Source of the DNA: Nitrosopumilus sp.
GTDB lineage: Archaea; Thermoproteota; Nitrososphaeria; Nitrososphaerales; Nitrosopumilaceae
Direction of reading: 5' to 3'
NCBI GenBank assembly: GCA_965238275.1
Contig: OZ250186.1
Span: 352,001 to 416,000 of the forward strand
DNA length: 64,000 nucleotides
Shown here piece after piece: positions 17,714 to 27,693 of this stretch. Position 1 is the first letter of the stretch, and each line of letters begins with the position of its first letter. A model generated the notes under the pieces. The model worked only from the letters and a program-made list of their open reading frames with translations, did not search any database and was not told where the DNA came from. Made by a program: the position numbers and the translations under genes.

Positions 17714-19188
17714 GTAATCGGATTAAAGATCCGGAAAAAAGAAGATTCATCCAATTGGTTAAATCGATACACAAAGATCCTAGTAGAGCCAGACATCTTC
17801 ATGAACCGAGCCAGACATGTAAAACGTGGGGACGAGTTCCTCCGGGATGTCAGCCTATCTGAACTTGAACAGATACGCAGTGAGGAACCTCACGGTAAGG
17901 CCAAAGCCATGCTACAGGCGGCCATACACCGAAAGAAAGGCGAGACCCCGGATGCCATATCAAAGGCCATCGGGGTGGCAACCAGCACCATACATGACTG
18001 GTTGCTGCGGCTGGAGGAAGGCGGCTTGGAGCGCAGGCACGACTGCAAGAGTCCCGGCAGGCCGTGTCGCCTGTCCGACGCACAGAAGGAATCCCTTGAC
18101 GGGGATATCGCCAAGGAGCCCATGGCAAGCGGCTTTTTCCGCGGCACGTGGACGGCCAGACTCGTCGGCCGCCGCATTCTAAACGCGTTTGGGATCCGGT
18201 ACAGCGACAGCGGTGCGCTCAAGCTGACGCGCAGGATGAACTTTTCAGTCAGGGGAGTTCGGCCCGTGCCGTACAACTCGGCCACGGCCGAGGATCTGGC
18301 CGAATACGTGGAGGAGACGATCCGGCAGGCAAGGGAGCATGACAGGAACGGCTACAAGGTAGCGTTCATTGATTTTGCCGGATTTGCCGACTCTCCGGCC
18401 TCCAAGCGCGGCATACGGCGCAGGGGCGGCAGGGACACAGTCAAGACCAACTGCTCCAAAAAGACAGTCAAGGTAACAGGGGCCTTGGGCAAGAGCACGC
18501 TGGACATACAGTTCCACGAGTCTGCCAACACTGAAAGCGTGGCTGCACTTTTGGAATACCTTCGACGGAAGTATGGAAAGATCTACGCGATCATGGACAA
18601 CGCCGGAGCCCACACCAGCAAGGACATGGAGCGGTACGTTGAAGGTACGAAAGGCGACGTGGTTCGGTGGTTTCTGCCCCCGCGCACGCCGCAGCACAAT
18701 CCCATCGAGGTGGAGTGGAGGGAGCTCAAGAGGGCGCTATCTGCAACCTTCTTTGGCGGATTCGACGAACTGCAGAAGAGAATCAGGCAGCTGCTGCGCA
18801 GCAGGGAGGTCGCCATAGTGAGGCTGATCGATTACGTGTTCGAGGCCATCGGCCCACAGAAGGGGCCATGGCAGAAGGCGCGGCGCATACCCGTGGAACC
18901 GCCTTCCTGCACTGCCTGACATGCATGTAATGCGCGAAGAACAGTTCCGTACCAGGATATCTTGCATCCAGGCCGCCGTCGCCTGCGTCTGCTGCAAACC
19001 TTGCAGTGTCCTGCCTTTCACGCCTTAAACAGAAGATTCCGCGGGATCCGATTCCTGAAATTATCAGACGGGCCATCCTGCTCCCGAGACATGATGCGAT
19101 GCCGATGCCGTCATGCTCATTGGAGTGCCACAATCTGCCATAGATCCAAATCCCATGGGCAGTTTTTCCGAATCTTTAATCCGATTAC
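17714..19188 (+). mobile_element. IS630-family insertion sequence
   Basis: TIR GTAATCGGATTAAAGATCCGGAAAAA / TTTTTCCGAATCTTTAATCCGATTAC (25/26), flanked by TA on both sides. Confidence 0.88.
17801..18919 (+). CDS. IS630-family transposase
   Basis: HTH, GRPCRL, WT, IMDNAGAH, FLPPRTPQHNPIEVEW. Confidence 0.9.
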   Translation: MNRARHVKRGDEFLRDVSLSELEQIRSEEPHGKAKAMLQAAIHRKKGETPDAISKAIGVATSTIHDWLLRLEEGGLERRHDCKSPGRPCRLSDAQKESLDGDIAKEPMASGFFRGTWTARLVGRRILNAFGIRYSDSGALKLTRRMNFSVRGVRPVPYNSATAEDLAEYVEETIRQAREHDRNGYKVAFIDFAGFADSPASKRGIRRRGGRDTVKTNCSKKTVKVTGALGKSTLDIQFHESANTESVAALLEYLRRKYGKIYAIMDNAGAHTSKDMERYVEGTKGDVVRWFLPPRTPQHNPIEVEWRELKRALSATFFGGFDELQKRIRQLLRSREVAIVRLIDYVFEAIGPQKGPWQKARRIPVEPPSCTA

Positions 19189-19599
19189 TATGCGTAGGAT
19201 AAAACAGCATACTTTGGAAGGGGCCTGCGACTATAACATGGTATTTTTAGGTTCCATCACCAGAATCCACAGTGATTGCAGTCTAGAGGGCTTCGCACCC
19301 ACGGCGGATGCAGATCTACACACATTTCACGAAATAACGACAGATGGCCATCGGGGGCTTACAATACCCCCTTTTTTTTCATGCATGTTGTTTGAAGGTT
19401 ATTTTCTGCGTTAGTCTAAGGAATGATTATGTAACCTCCCCCATGTTTCCGTGCTCAGACCAATGCAGCACGCCAGTATTCTGCATGTTCCAAGGGAACC
19501 TGTTAGATGAACTTAATACACTGCGGAAAACACACGACGTAGTATGTCGGGCAACGCAGCGGTTATCGACAACGAGAAGGTAGTATTTCTAGACCAACT

Positions 19600-19701
19600 C
19601 AAGGAGATTCAGTCTATAATGATGACTTTTTTTAGGTTCCACCGTGTCTGCAAAACATCTCGCGTCAGTCCAGCGACAACCTGTCATAGGTCTAGATAGC
19701 C
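19600..19701. repeat. Degenerate ~100-bp direct repeat, copy B (copy A at 2607-2709)
   Basis: See copy A. Confidence 0.85.
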
Positions 19702-19773
19702 AACCATGCGACTAGCTGCATGGTAATTTCAGCCGATCAATTGCTTTTTATGTCATTTTGTGGTACATGGTGC

Positions 19774-20160
19774 ATGTTAGAAGGCAGCACGAATCTAACG
19801 GTTGATGCAAAAGCACATGTCAACATGAAGCGTAACTATCCGGATGAATCCGACGAACATGTGATAGCCAGACTTCTGAGCAACGTTCCCGGCGGGCAGG
19901 CCGTAACCAGGAAACGACTTGACGAGATCAGTGAAGGAACTGCGGAGGCGGGGTTGCACATACTGTGCAACGAGCTTGCAAAGATACGAAAATATCCGGA
20001 CGAGTCATACGGGTCTATCGTGGACAGGATAATACGTCTTGACAAGGAAGAGGACGTTATGACAAGCGAGGATTTGAGGGACATTGAGGAAAGCCTTGCA
20101 GATGCAAGGAACACGCACCCTGCCAGAACAATACACGAGGCACCGACTTCTAGCAGATAG
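19774..20160 (+). CDS. Putative antitoxin with a duplicated YPDES-containing DNA-binding module
   Basis: KRNYPDESDEHVIARLL and KIRKYPDESYGSIVDRII, followed by an acidic tail EDLRDIEESLAD. Lies directly upstream of a RelE-like gene. Confidence 0.6.
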   Translation: MLEGSTNLTVDAKAHVNMKRNYPDESDEHVIARLLSNVPGGQAVTRKRLDEISEGTAEAGLHILCNELAKIRKYPDESYGSIVDRIIRLDKEEDVMTSEDLRDIEESLADARNTHPARTIHEAPTSSR

Positions 20161-20224
20161 CTTGAAAACCTAACGGTTCTGTAGGCATAATCGATTATTA
20201 ATTAAGAGGCATTCATACAGTGGT

Positions 20225-20479
20225 ATGGCTTGGAAACTCGCATGGTTGCCGAGGGCCGAAAGGGAGTTGGAGAAACTGGATCCCGAAATTCAACGGCGCA
20301 TCCGCGACAAGATCGGCGATTGCATTGACAATCCGCATCATTACGCGACACGCCTTACCAATCTTCCGTATTACCGGGTGCGTGTGGGAAAATATCGCAT
20401 AATCTTAGACCTGGACGAGAATATCCGGACAGTCGTGGTCATGAAAATAGATCACAGGGGCAGGGTTTATGACAGATGA
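20225..20479 (+). CDS. relE: RelE/ParE-family type II toxin
   Basis: 84 aa: AERELEKLD...YRVRVGKYRII...IDHRGRVY. Confidence 0.88.
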   Translation: MAWKLAWLPRAERELEKLDPEIQRRIRDKIGDCIDNPHHYATRLTNLPYYRVRVGKYRIILDLDENIRTVVVMKIDHRGRVYDR

Positions 20480-20581
20480 TGCGTGGGGCAATCAGGCGCG
20501 TCCTTTGACCTTTCAATTTTGCCTTTTGCCAACTTCACGCCTACTGATACGCGTGGAACCCAGAAAAGTCATGTAAATATG

Positions 20582-20655
20582 TGGACCGGAAGGGATTTGA
20601 ACCCTTGATCCGATGCATGCCATGCACCTATCCTACCAGACTAGACGACCGGCCC
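20582..20655 (-). tRNA. tRNA-Ala(GGC)
   Basis: Acceptor stem GGGCCGG/CCGGTCC with G3:U70, anticodon arm GGTGC-ATGGCAT-GCATC, T-loop GGTTCAAATCC. Confidence 0.93.
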
Positions 20656-20718
20656 AAGAATCAGAATTCTGATCGAGTTATGGTTTCAGGAATGGTTATT
20701 AACGTTTAGCGGTTGGCA

Positions 20719-22072
20719 AACTCTGTTTCCTAATTATCGCCAGTCACACCCAACAGGTTCAGAATTAGGCCAGATCAGTTGAATTTGAACATAATATCAA
20801 ACATCTTCAATAGAAAACCGTATTGATCAGAGAGGTGTGCAGACAGTCAGGTTATCGCCATGACTGAAAACACATCCTCTCCAGACAAAACGGGCACGCA
20901 TGAGGCTAAAAAATCTTTCAAATCCAAAGAACGCCGGTTCCAGTACGATGACCGCAGGTACATAGACCGCGGCCAGTTGTGGACGCTCCAGATAAGCCCG
21001 GAGATCCTGACTCAGGGAGTCGAGAAGCTAAACTGCGGGAAGGTAGGCCGCCCGTACGTATTTTCAAACGCGTGCTTTGCAGCAGCATCCCTGTTCAAAA
21101 ACGCCACCGGCATAAGGTACAGGCAGCTCCAGGGTCTGGCAGAGACGATAGTCGGCAAGGAAAACGCGCCCACGTACTCGGCGTTCCAGAAGAGGATGGC
21201 CAAGCTTGGCTGCACTGTTGCAGACAATGATGATGGTAGCGGCACGGCTTCTGCGTGGTTCTCAGACGGCGGCACCCGGGCCGAGATCAAGCTGTTTGCC
21301 TTCGACTCCACTGGACTCAAGCCCACAAGCCGCGGCGACTGGATGACAGAAAAGTGGGGGACCAGGCGGGGCTTCATAAAGCTGCACGTCGGGGTGGATG
21401 CCAAAACCAAAAAGATCTACGCCGTGGCCATAACCGACGACAAGTGCGGGGACTCTCCGCAGTTTGAGGAACTGGTGGGGCAGGCCCTTGCAAATGCAAA
21501 AAAATCACCAAACTCAGACACTTCTGCAGGCACCAAGGCGGCAGCCGACGGCGCGTACGACGCCCAGAAGATCCGCAGGTACTGCGACGAGCAGGGAATC
21601 GAGCCGCTGATTCCCGTCCGCATCGACTTTGCCGGAAAGGCGAACGGGTGCATGCCCCGCAAGGAGGCAGGATTCAGGCAGCTGGGGGACCTGGACTGCA
21701 TGGACAAGACGGCAGAACGCAAGTTTGCAGGCCTCACGCGCGAACAAAAGAGGGAATTCCAGAAGGCGTGGCGCAGGGAGTCAGGGTACAACGACCGGTG
21801 GTCAGTCGAGATTGTATTTTCCACGTTCAAGCGGGTGTTGGGCGAGTGCATAAGCGCGCGCAAGTGGGAGAACGTCAAGGCCGAGATATACGGAAAGGTG
21901 CAGCTGTACAACCAGATGATCGATACTGCAATCGACAACGGGTACGGCACGCCAAGGATCGTGCAAGCCTACAAGCCCGGCCCAAGGACTGCAAGGGAAG
22001 GGGGCAAGACGACGACGTAGGCAGAATTGCACAGACGAGTATCTGTGTCGAGCGTAATTAGGAAACAGAGTT
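20719..22072 (+). mobile_element. IS5-family insertion sequence
   Basis: Perfect 18-bp TIR AACTCTGTTTCCTAATTA / TAATTAGGAAACAGAGTT. 8-bp TSD GGTTGGCA at 20711-20718 and 22073-22080. Confidence 0.92.
20860..22020 (+). CDS. IS5-family DDE transposase (IS903/ISH1-like)
   Basis: FDSTGLK, FIKLHVGVD, ADGAYD, GYNDRWSVEIVFSTFKR. Confidence 0.9.
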   Translation: MTENTSSPDKTGTHEAKKSFKSKERRFQYDDRRYIDRGQLWTLQISPEILTQGVEKLNCGKVGRPYVFSNACFAAASLFKNATGIRYRQLQGLAETIVGKENAPTYSAFQKRMAKLGCTVADNDDGSGTASAWFSDGGTRAEIKLFAFDSTGLKPTSRGDWMTEKWGTRRGFIKLHVGVDAKTKKIYAVAITDDKCGDSPQFEELVGQALANAKKSPNSDTSAGTKAAADGAYDAQKIRRYCDEQGIEPLIPVRIDFAGKANGCMPRKEAGFRQLGDLDCMDKTAERKFAGLTREQKREFQKAWRRESGYNDRWSVEIVFSTFKRVLGECISARKWENVKAEIYGKVQLYNQMIDTAIDNGYGTPRIVQAYKPGPRTAREGGKTTT

Positions 22073-22252
22073 GGTTGGCAGGTTCTCCAAACACCTGCCG
22101 TGTATGCCGGATGGCGTCCCCATCCATGCTCATCCAGGAACAAGATGTCTCCAGGATGATGCTGCAGGCAGACGATCCTGGTGTTGCCTGCGTTTGCATG
22201 AGAATCTGCAGGGACATAATATATTTAACCATGGGAAGAAAGTTGATCAGTT

Positions 22253-23098
22253 GTGGTTATAGATAACAAGGGAACTGTTACGTACGTTCATCTGCTGAAG
22301 GAGGATCTTGTAATTATCAGGATGGTGCCAAACGACGGTTCGGTGCCAGACTACAAGCCGGGCCAGTTCATCACTCTGGGACTGCCAAATCCCGTGGAAG
22401 GCGGAAAGATTGTCAGGCGGGCATACTCCATTGCGTCGCATCCGGAGAACAGGGACTACATCGAACTTATAATCAGGTGGGTAAGAAAGCCGCTCCCGGG
22501 AAGGCTGACCACCCAGATATTCAACATAAAGGAGGGCGACGAGATCCTCTGGCTCAAGCCCACAGGCAGGGCGCTGTTAATCAACGACGAGCTTCCAAAC
22601 GGGGAGAAGGACAACAGAAGGATAATATGCATCGGGGGAGGCACCGGGCTTGCACCGTTTGTCAGTTTTGCACAGCACCTTCACGATATCCAGGACAAGA
22701 GGGAGATCCTAGTCCTTCACGGCGCAAGCTATCTTGACGAGCTGGCCTACAAGGACGTCCTGACGCGTCTTGAATACGACAGCATCAAAAGGGGCAAGGA
22801 CGGGTGGAACTTTAAGTACAGGGCCGCAATCAGCAGGCCGCAGGAGTGGTTCAACAGATCATGGACAGGCCAGACAGGCAGGGTCGAGACGTTTTTGAGG
22901 CCCAAGGAGGGCGGAATGTCCCCGCTTGAGGAGATGCTCGGCGAGAAGGTGACAAAGGAGAACACGATATTTTACGTCTGCGGCTGGCAGGGAACCATCG
23001 ACGGGGTGATGGACTTTCTAAAGCCAAGGGGCTTTGTAACAGAGCACGATAAGCGCGAGGATAAAAGCTTTGAAGTCAAGTACGAGTCGTATGGGTAG
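22253..23098 (+). CDS. fpr: Ferredoxin--NADP+ reductase
   Basis: PGQF, RRAYSIAS, GGGTGLAPF, YVCG, C-terminal ESYG. Confidence 0.9.
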   Translation: MVIDNKGTVTYVHLLKEDLVIIRMVPNDGSVPDYKPGQFITLGLPNPVEGGKIVRRAYSIASHPENRDYIELIIRWVRKPLPGRLTTQIFNIKEGDEILWLKPTGRALLINDELPNGEKDNRRIICIGGGTGLAPFVSFAQHLHDIQDKREILVLHGASYLDELAYKDVLTRLEYDSIKRGKDGWNFKYRAAISRPQEWFNRSWTGQTGRVETFLRPKEGGMSPLEEMLGEKVTKENTIFYVCGWQGTIDGVMDFLKPRGFVTEHDKREDKSFEVKYESYG

Positions 23099-23163
23099 TG
23101 GTAGTAGTAGTAGTCCCATGGACAGACATCAACACTCCATAATAATACCCATCTAGCCGGTGC

Positions 23164-23769
23164 ATGTTGACTACCGCTCTATACCTTGCACACCTGAATC
23201 CGGTAACCAACGCCCATGTCAGGATAATCTCGGAACTGCAGGCAGACGCAGACGCAGTCAAGGTCATGCCGGTGGTGTTCAGGGACGGGGACAGGGAGAT
23301 CAACACCAGGAGCTTTCCGTTCAGCTTTGAGACAAGAAGCAGGATGCTGCAGTCCGTCTTTGGGGATTCCATAGAGATTACCGACGACTATGCCTTCCAC
23401 GCACCGTTCAAAAGATACATGCCGCCGCTGTTCTCCCCGAAATCGTGGCAGCTGAGAAGGCAGATTCTCAACGGGGTCAGCGGGGAGTTCTTTTCATACA
23501 CGGGAGACAAGGCCGAGGGATACATGCTCAGGATGTACAGGCTGAGGCCCAGGACCGGCCAGAGAAAGCCGCTCTCTGCAACATCAGTCAAGGAGGGACT
23601 GTACGAGGCGGCCCTTGGAAGGGAGTCCGGGTGGAGGGGTGACGTCCCGGAGAGCATCACAAAGGTGATCGAGGAGGACTGGGAGACTGTGGAGATGTTT
23701 GCAGGCATGCCTGATGCCACCACCAGGGTCGCGGGAATGAAGTTTCCCAAGGACGGATGGTCAAGGTAG
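23164..23769 (+). CDS. Nucleotidyltransferase (cytidylyltransferase-like, HIGH superfamily)
   Basis: HLNPVTNAH, PFSFETR and LSATSVK motifs. Confidence 0.65.
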   Translation: MLTTALYLAHLNPVTNAHVRIISELQADADAVKVMPVVFRDGDREINTRSFPFSFETRSRMLQSVFGDSIEITDDYAFHAPFKRYMPPLFSPKSWQLRRQILNGVSGEFFSYTGDKAEGYMLRMYRLRPRTGQRKPLSATSVKEGLYEAALGRESGWRGDVPESITKVIEEDWETVEMFAGMPDATTRVAGMKFPKDGWSR

Positions 23770-23879
23770 ACGCATGCCATTCCAGCCCGGCGGCACAGCA
23801 GCGGATCCGGCCAGGCATGGTTTGCAGGGGATCCGCAAAATGATTAGAGATTAATATACGCGCCGGGTGCAATTGCCCC

Positions 23880-24800
23880 ATGGCAGTGCCGTTTTCAAGA
23901 TATACATGGCTGGACCAGAGGTACGTCCTGACAAAGAATGCCGGCATTCCCATAACCACGCATGCCATCCACTACGGAACCTCCGTCTTTGAGGGGGTAA
24001 GGGCGTACTGGAACGATGCAAACCTCAACGTGTTCCGGCTTGATGCCCACATAGCCAGGTTCAGGAGATCCGGCCAATTCTACAACATGCCCCTGAGGTT
24101 CTCGGATGCAGAGATTGCAGGGGCCATCACCGAAACCTGCAAAAAGAACAAGATCAGGGAGTCGTGCTACATCAGGCCGTTTTACTTTGTAGGGGAGTAT
24201 GGAATCAACCTTCACATAACTGACAGGACCCCCACAAGCATGGGAATAATCACGTTTCCGTTCGGGGAGATGTTTGACGGGGGCGGGATCTCGGCTGCGG
24301 TGGTCTCGTGGAGAAAGTTCTCAGGCATGTCAACGCCTACACAGTCAAAGATCAGCGGAAACTATCTCAACTCAGTCATTGCAACCAACGAGGCAAGGGA
24401 GCGCGGGGCAGACGAGGCAATCCTGCTTGACCGCCACGGAAACGTAAGCGAGGCTGCAGGGGAGAACATCTTCATTGTAAGGGAAGGAGGCCAGCTTGTC
24501 ACGCCGTCGCAGGCATCAGGCCCGCTTGAGGGGATCACCATGGATACTGTAATCAGGATCGCAGGGGACATGGGAGTCGATGTCATCCAGAGGGGGATTA
24601 CGCGGGACGAGCTGTCAATGGCAGAGGAGATCTTTCTTACAGGAACCGCAGCAGAGATAACCCCGGTCACGTCAGTCGACTCCGTGACGATAGGACGCGG
24701 CACGCCGGGGGACATGACATGCAAGATCAAGGGCAGGTACGCAGACATCGTAATGGGCAGGAATCCGGACTACTCCCACTGGCTGACCGGGGTATACTAG
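23880..24800 (+). CDS. ilvE: Branched-chain amino acid aminotransferase
   Basis: HYGTSVFEGVRAY, KISGNY, EAAGENIF, LEGIT, FLTGTAAEITPV. Confidence 0.93.
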   Translation: MAVPFSRYTWLDQRYVLTKNAGIPITTHAIHYGTSVFEGVRAYWNDANLNVFRLDAHIARFRRSGQFYNMPLRFSDAEIAGAITETCKKNKIRESCYIRPFYFVGEYGINLHITDRTPTSMGIITFPFGEMFDGGGISAAVVSWRKFSGMSTPTQSKISGNYLNSVIATNEARERGADEAILLDRHGNVSEAAGENIFIVREGGQLVTPSQASGPLEGITMDTVIRIAGDMGVDVIQRGITRDELSMAEEIFLTGTAAEITPVTSVDSVTIGRGTPGDMTCKIKGRYADIVMGRNPDYSHWLTGVY

Positions 24801-25739
24801 ATGAGGGTAGTACAGATAGGAGTCGGCGGATGGGGCAGGAACCACGCCAGGATCCTCTCGCAGCTGGGCGTGCTTGGCGCAGTGTGCGATGCCGACCCCG
24901 CACGCAGCAAAGAGTACGGGGAGAGGTACTCTGTAAACCACTACCAGTCAGTCGACGAGATGCTGGCAGCAGAAGAGGAGTTTGACGGGGCCCTTGTAGT
25001 CACGCCCACCAGAACACACGCAGAGGTTGCGCAGAGGCTGCTGGAGGCAAAAAAACACGTCTTTGTGGAAAAACCCCTCACGCATACGGCAGAGGACGGG
25101 GAGAGGCTTGCATTGCTTGCAGAGAGAAACAGGGTAATCCTGACATGCGGCTACATCGAGAGGTTCAACCCCGCAGTGCGCAGGGTAAAGGAGATTGTAA
25201 CGGACAGGACATACGGGGATCTCATCATGCTGGAGTTTCACCGCGGGAACAGGATTCCCATCCACATCAAGGATGTGGGCATCGTCCACGACACTGCAAC
25301 GCATGACATCGATACTGCAAACTGGCTGTTTGGCAGGATGCCGCACGTGGTCTTTGCAAGGGCGGGCAGCATAAGGCACGAGCACGAGGACTTTTCAAGC
25401 ATAATGCTGGGGTACGAAGACCAGAAGATTGCCATGATATCCTCAAACTGGATCACCCCAAAGAAGCGCAGGAGGTTTGATGCGGTGTGTACCGACGCGG
25501 TGATATCCTCTGACTTTATAACGCAAAAGATAACAGTGGAGGAGCAGGACAGCACCGTCACGATAGACAACGTAAAGCAGGAGCCGCTCCTGCTAGAGAT
25601 TCAGAGCTTTCTTGGCGCAATGGAGGGCAGGAACAAGCATCCCGTAACGGCTTCAGAGGCAGTAAACGTCACTAGGATCGCCGAAGCTGCACTTTTATCT
25701 AGCCAGAAGGGGATCCCAATCTATCTGGATTTGAGATGA
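24801..25739 (+). CDS. Gfo/Idh/MocA-family oxidoreductase (probably sugar-nucleotide dehydrogenase)
   Basis: GVGGWG, VEKP, GYIERFNPAV, HDID. Confidence 0.88.
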   Translation: MRVVQIGVGGWGRNHARILSQLGVLGAVCDADPARSKEYGERYSVNHYQSVDEMLAAEEEFDGALVVTPTRTHAEVAQRLLEAKKHVFVEKPLTHTAEDGERLALLAERNRVILTCGYIERFNPAVRRVKEIVTDRTYGDLIMLEFHRGNRIPIHIKDVGIVHDTATHDIDTANWLFGRMPHVVFARAGSIRHEHEDFSSIMLGYEDQKIAMISSNWITPKKRRRFDAVCTDAVISSDFITQKITVEEQDSTVTIDNVKQEPLLLEIQSFLGAMEGRNKHPVTASEAVNVTRIAEAALLSSQKGIPIYLDLR

Positions 25740-26008
25740 ACAGGACAATGATGGACATTCTGGCGTGCCCAAACGACAAGAGCTATCCGCTGGAACTGTT
25801 CGTGGTTAACGAGAAGGAGGACGGCAGGGTCTCGGAGGGGGCCCTGTACTGTCAGGAGTGCTCCAGGTTCTACCCCATAATAGGCGAGATTCCCATCATG
25901 CTCCCAGACGAACTGAGAAACAGGGAGCAGGAGATGGGTTTCCTGCAGGAGCACAAGGATGACCTGCCTGAAAAGATTATTAGCTCGGCAGGCCCATGGC
26001 ATCTTTAG
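25736..26008 (+). CDS. Trm112-family protein
   Basis: DILACPNDK...LYCQECSRFYPIIGEIPIMLPDE. Confidence 0.85.
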   Translation: MNRTMMDILACPNDKSYPLELFVVNEKEDGRVSEGALYCQECSRFYPIIGEIPIMLPDELRNREQEMGFLQEHKDDLPEKIISSAGPWHL

Positions 26009-26009
26009 A

Positions 26010-26489
26010 TTGGTTGTAAACTTTGTATCCGAGTCGGCAAAGATTGGCAGGAACGTCAAGATATGGCACTTTGCGTACGTTGGCGATGACGTGGAGATCG
26101 GCGACAACGTCAAGATAGGATCGCTTGTCCACCTGGACTATGGCGCAAAGGTCGGGGAGGGCACAAAGATAGAGGGAAACGCGCACATCTCGTATCTCAC
26201 CAGAATAGGAAGGAACGTCTTCATAGGGCCCTCTGTCACCACCACCAACGATCCCTACCCGATGTCTGACAGGCTCGCAGGTATCACGATAAGGGACAAT
26301 GCCGTGATTGGCGCAAATGCGACCCTCATGGCCGGAATAACCATAGGCCAGGACAGCGTCGTTGCGATGGGCTCCGTGGTGACAAGGGACGTCCCGGACG
26401 GCGTGGTCGTCATGGGGGTGCCGGCGACGATACGGTACACCAGGGCAGAGTACGAAAAGAAGAGAAAGGCGTGGATGGAAGAAGGCTAG
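26010..26489 (+). CDS. Hexapeptide-repeat acyltransferase (WbpD-like)
   Basis: Left-handed beta-helix repeats, IWHF, TNDPYP, VTRDVP...GVPA. TTG start inferred. Confidence 0.85.
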   Translation: MVVNFVSESAKIGRNVKIWHFAYVGDDVEIGDNVKIGSLVHLDYGAKVGEGTKIEGNAHISYLTRIGRNVFIGPSVTTTNDPYPMSDRLAGITIRDNAVIGANATLMAGITIGQDSVVAMGSVVTRDVPDGVVVMGVPATIRYTRAEYEKKRKAWMEEG

Positions 26490-26704
26490 TACCGTATTCG
26501 TCTCCCAAACACCCAGTTCTTCATCTTGGAGAGGACCAGCACCCACAGCACCACCATGCCTATTGCCACTGCACCCTTTAGCGCAGACGTTAGCAGCGGG
26601 TCGACGCCCTCAAGGTGCAGCGGCCCCAACACAAGCACCGCTATTCCCCCGCCTGCAATAATCAGCAGCCACATGATGACCAACATGGCGTATATGGACT
26701 TCAC
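26486..26704 (-). CDS. Small membrane protein
   Basis: 72 aa, two TM helices, ATGA overlap with the upstream gene. Confidence 0.7.
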   Translation of the reverse strand: MKSIYAMLVIMWLLIIAGGGIAVLVLGPLHLEGVDPLLTSALKGAVAIGMVVLWVLVLSKMKNWVFGRRIRY

Positions 26705-27693
26705 TGGAATACACCTGCCAGAACGGCTGTGGCCACTGCAAGGCCCCCCGAGAAGGCGGCAAGCCTGAAGATTGCCATGGCCGCCTGCCTCTCAGAGAGC
26801 GGCCCCCATGTCAGGATCAGCCTTACCAGGCTCTTTGGGGCAATCTTGTCGCCAGTATCCCGGAACAAAAGATCGTCGGTAACCTCCACCGGGTTTCCCG
26901 GGACCTGCCGGTGCTCGACTATCCGCTTTGTGCTGGACAGGAAGAGGAAAGAGTTGAATATGGCAGGGAGCAGCGCGACTGCGGCTATCACCTCGACATC
27001 CCCCACTATTGCAATGGCGCCGTACATGGCGCCGAATGCCAGCGCCCCCGAATCCCCAGGGAATATGCTGCTTGGTATCTTGTGGTACCTGTAGTATGCC
27101 AGCGCCACAAATCCCAGCGGCAGGCTGACCAGTGCCATCTCAAAGTTCTGCAGTATGAAGAGGCAGAGCGAAAGCGAGAATCCGGCAATCACCATGAACC
27201 CGCTTGCGACTCCGTTCATGACATCAATGGAGTTTATCGTGTTTCCGGTTACGGCGATCATGATTGGTATTATTGCCAAGTACAGTATCGGGATCTGCAC
27301 CTCCCCGAACGGGGGGAATGCAAGGTTCGTGTCATACGTGCCGAGCAGAATTATCGGGGCAGCAGAAACCGCAAGCAGTACCGGCTTGAACCACCCGCCC
27401 ATTGTCCTCCGGTCATCCACGTACCCGACGGCAAATGCGGCTCCCGTGGTGGCCATCACTGCAAGGATCGCGTCAAGCTGCAAAAACGCATAAAGGACTC
27501 CCTCAGACGCGATCATCCCGGCGACGATCGATATTCCCCCCGGCCTTGCGACCATCTTCTTGCCCTTCTTGGCCACGTCAGGCACCACCATGCCCCTGCC
27601 CTCCAGGTACCGGGTCAGCGGGGGCGTCATGGCATACACTGCAAGGAATGCCACGATGCATGATGCCAGCGCCGGAATTACTAGATCTGCCAA
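26701..27693 (-). CDS. UDP-GlcNAc:dolichol-phosphate GlcNAc-1-P transferase (glycosyltransferase 4 / MraY family)
   Basis: Multiple TM helices; GYVDD, NSIDVMNG, FPGDSG. Confidence 0.88.
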   Translation of the reverse strand: MADLVIPALASCIVAFLAVYAMTPPLTRYLEGRGMVVPDVAKKGKKMVARPGGISIVAGMIASEGVLYAFLQLDAILAVMATTGAAFAVGYVDDRRTMGGWFKPVLLAVSAAPIILLGTYDTNLAFPPFGEVQIPILYLAIIPIMIAVTGNTINSIDVMNGVASGFMVIAGFSLSLCLFILQNFEMALVSLPLGFVALAYYRYHKIPSSIFPGDSGALAFGAMYGAIAIVGDVEVIAAVALLPAIFNSFLFLSSTKRIVEHRQVPGNPVEVTDDLLFRDTGDKIAPKSLVRLILTWGPLSERQAAMAIFRLAAFSGGLAVATAVLAGVFQ

